Origin: Calcarisporiella thermophila CBS 279.70
Taxonomy: Eukaryota > Fungi > Calcarisporiellomycota
Length of the DNA stretch: 64,000 nucleotides
Assembly: GCF_041956535.1 (NCBI RefSeq)
Contig: NW_027192204.1
Span: 71,069 to 135,068 of the forward strand
Direction of reading: 5' to 3'
Position numbers and translations under genes: made by a program. Every line of letters starts with the position of its first letter. The first letter of the stretch is position 1. The notes beneath the pieces are model-generated. The model was not told the DNA's origin. It saw only the letters and a list, made by a program, of their open reading frames with translations, and did no database searches. Positions 63,529 to 64,000 of the stretch are shown piece by piece.

Positions 63529-64000
63529 GATGTACTCCCTTCTAGGGGTAATTTGGGCACAGAATTAATGAATGTGCTTGTAAGCAGAGTAAAAAGACAC
63601 TAATAAATTGAATAACCTATACACCAATTAAATGTTCTTAATATATATAGCAAACTTATATAAATGTTATCATATAATTTATATTAAAAAGAAAGAAAAT
63701 GAAAAAAATAAAGAAAAAAAAAAATAGAGACAAGGGGAAACACAACACCCGTTTGCCAACTCGGCCAATTTATTATGAGAAAAAAAAAAATATACAATTA
63801 CTAGGGCTCAGCCGCAATCTATTCCGTGTTTTCAATAAAAAGAAAATGGAAGGGGGATGACGCATCCGTTACAGTATAATTAAAGTATAGTCAATAGATG
63901 TGTTCAGTGTCCACGACAATCTTGTGTATTCATTTTTGCTTTTAAAACGACGAAAATTTTTTTGGCTAACCTTTTTTTTTGTAATGAAGGAATACCGAAT

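Overview
Gene-dense, intron-rich eukaryotic DNA from a fungus, most plausibly an early-diverging lineage (Mucoromycota-like). This is inferred from short GT-AG introns and from fungal families sitting beside animal-like genes (DHX34, STYX-like, CHID1). I can support about 28 protein-coding genes, rebuilt by hand across introns, plus a divergent tRNA-Leu(UAA)/tRNA-Ala(AGC) pair, microsatellites and one 691-N assembly gap. The AT-richer first ~14.5 kb holds a run of secreted or transport genes just before the tRNAs: a HExxH metallopeptidase, a 3D/MltA-like domain protein, an ACS-type MFS permease and a bacterial-type PL8 lyase. These may form a module for degrading bacterial envelopes or acidic polysaccharides, which is the best candidate for an undescribed system. 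Other highlights: a cryptic spliced MADS-like ORF, a 96-aa prion-like (NQYY)4 microprotein, a STYX-like phosphatase that keeps the Cys but lacks the Arg, a two-finger AreA-like GATA gene with compensating frameshifts in C runs, a 7-nt microexon carrying the cytochrome b5 heme His, and two paralogous four-finger C2H2 genes. All family calls come from motif recognition by eye; no searches were run.
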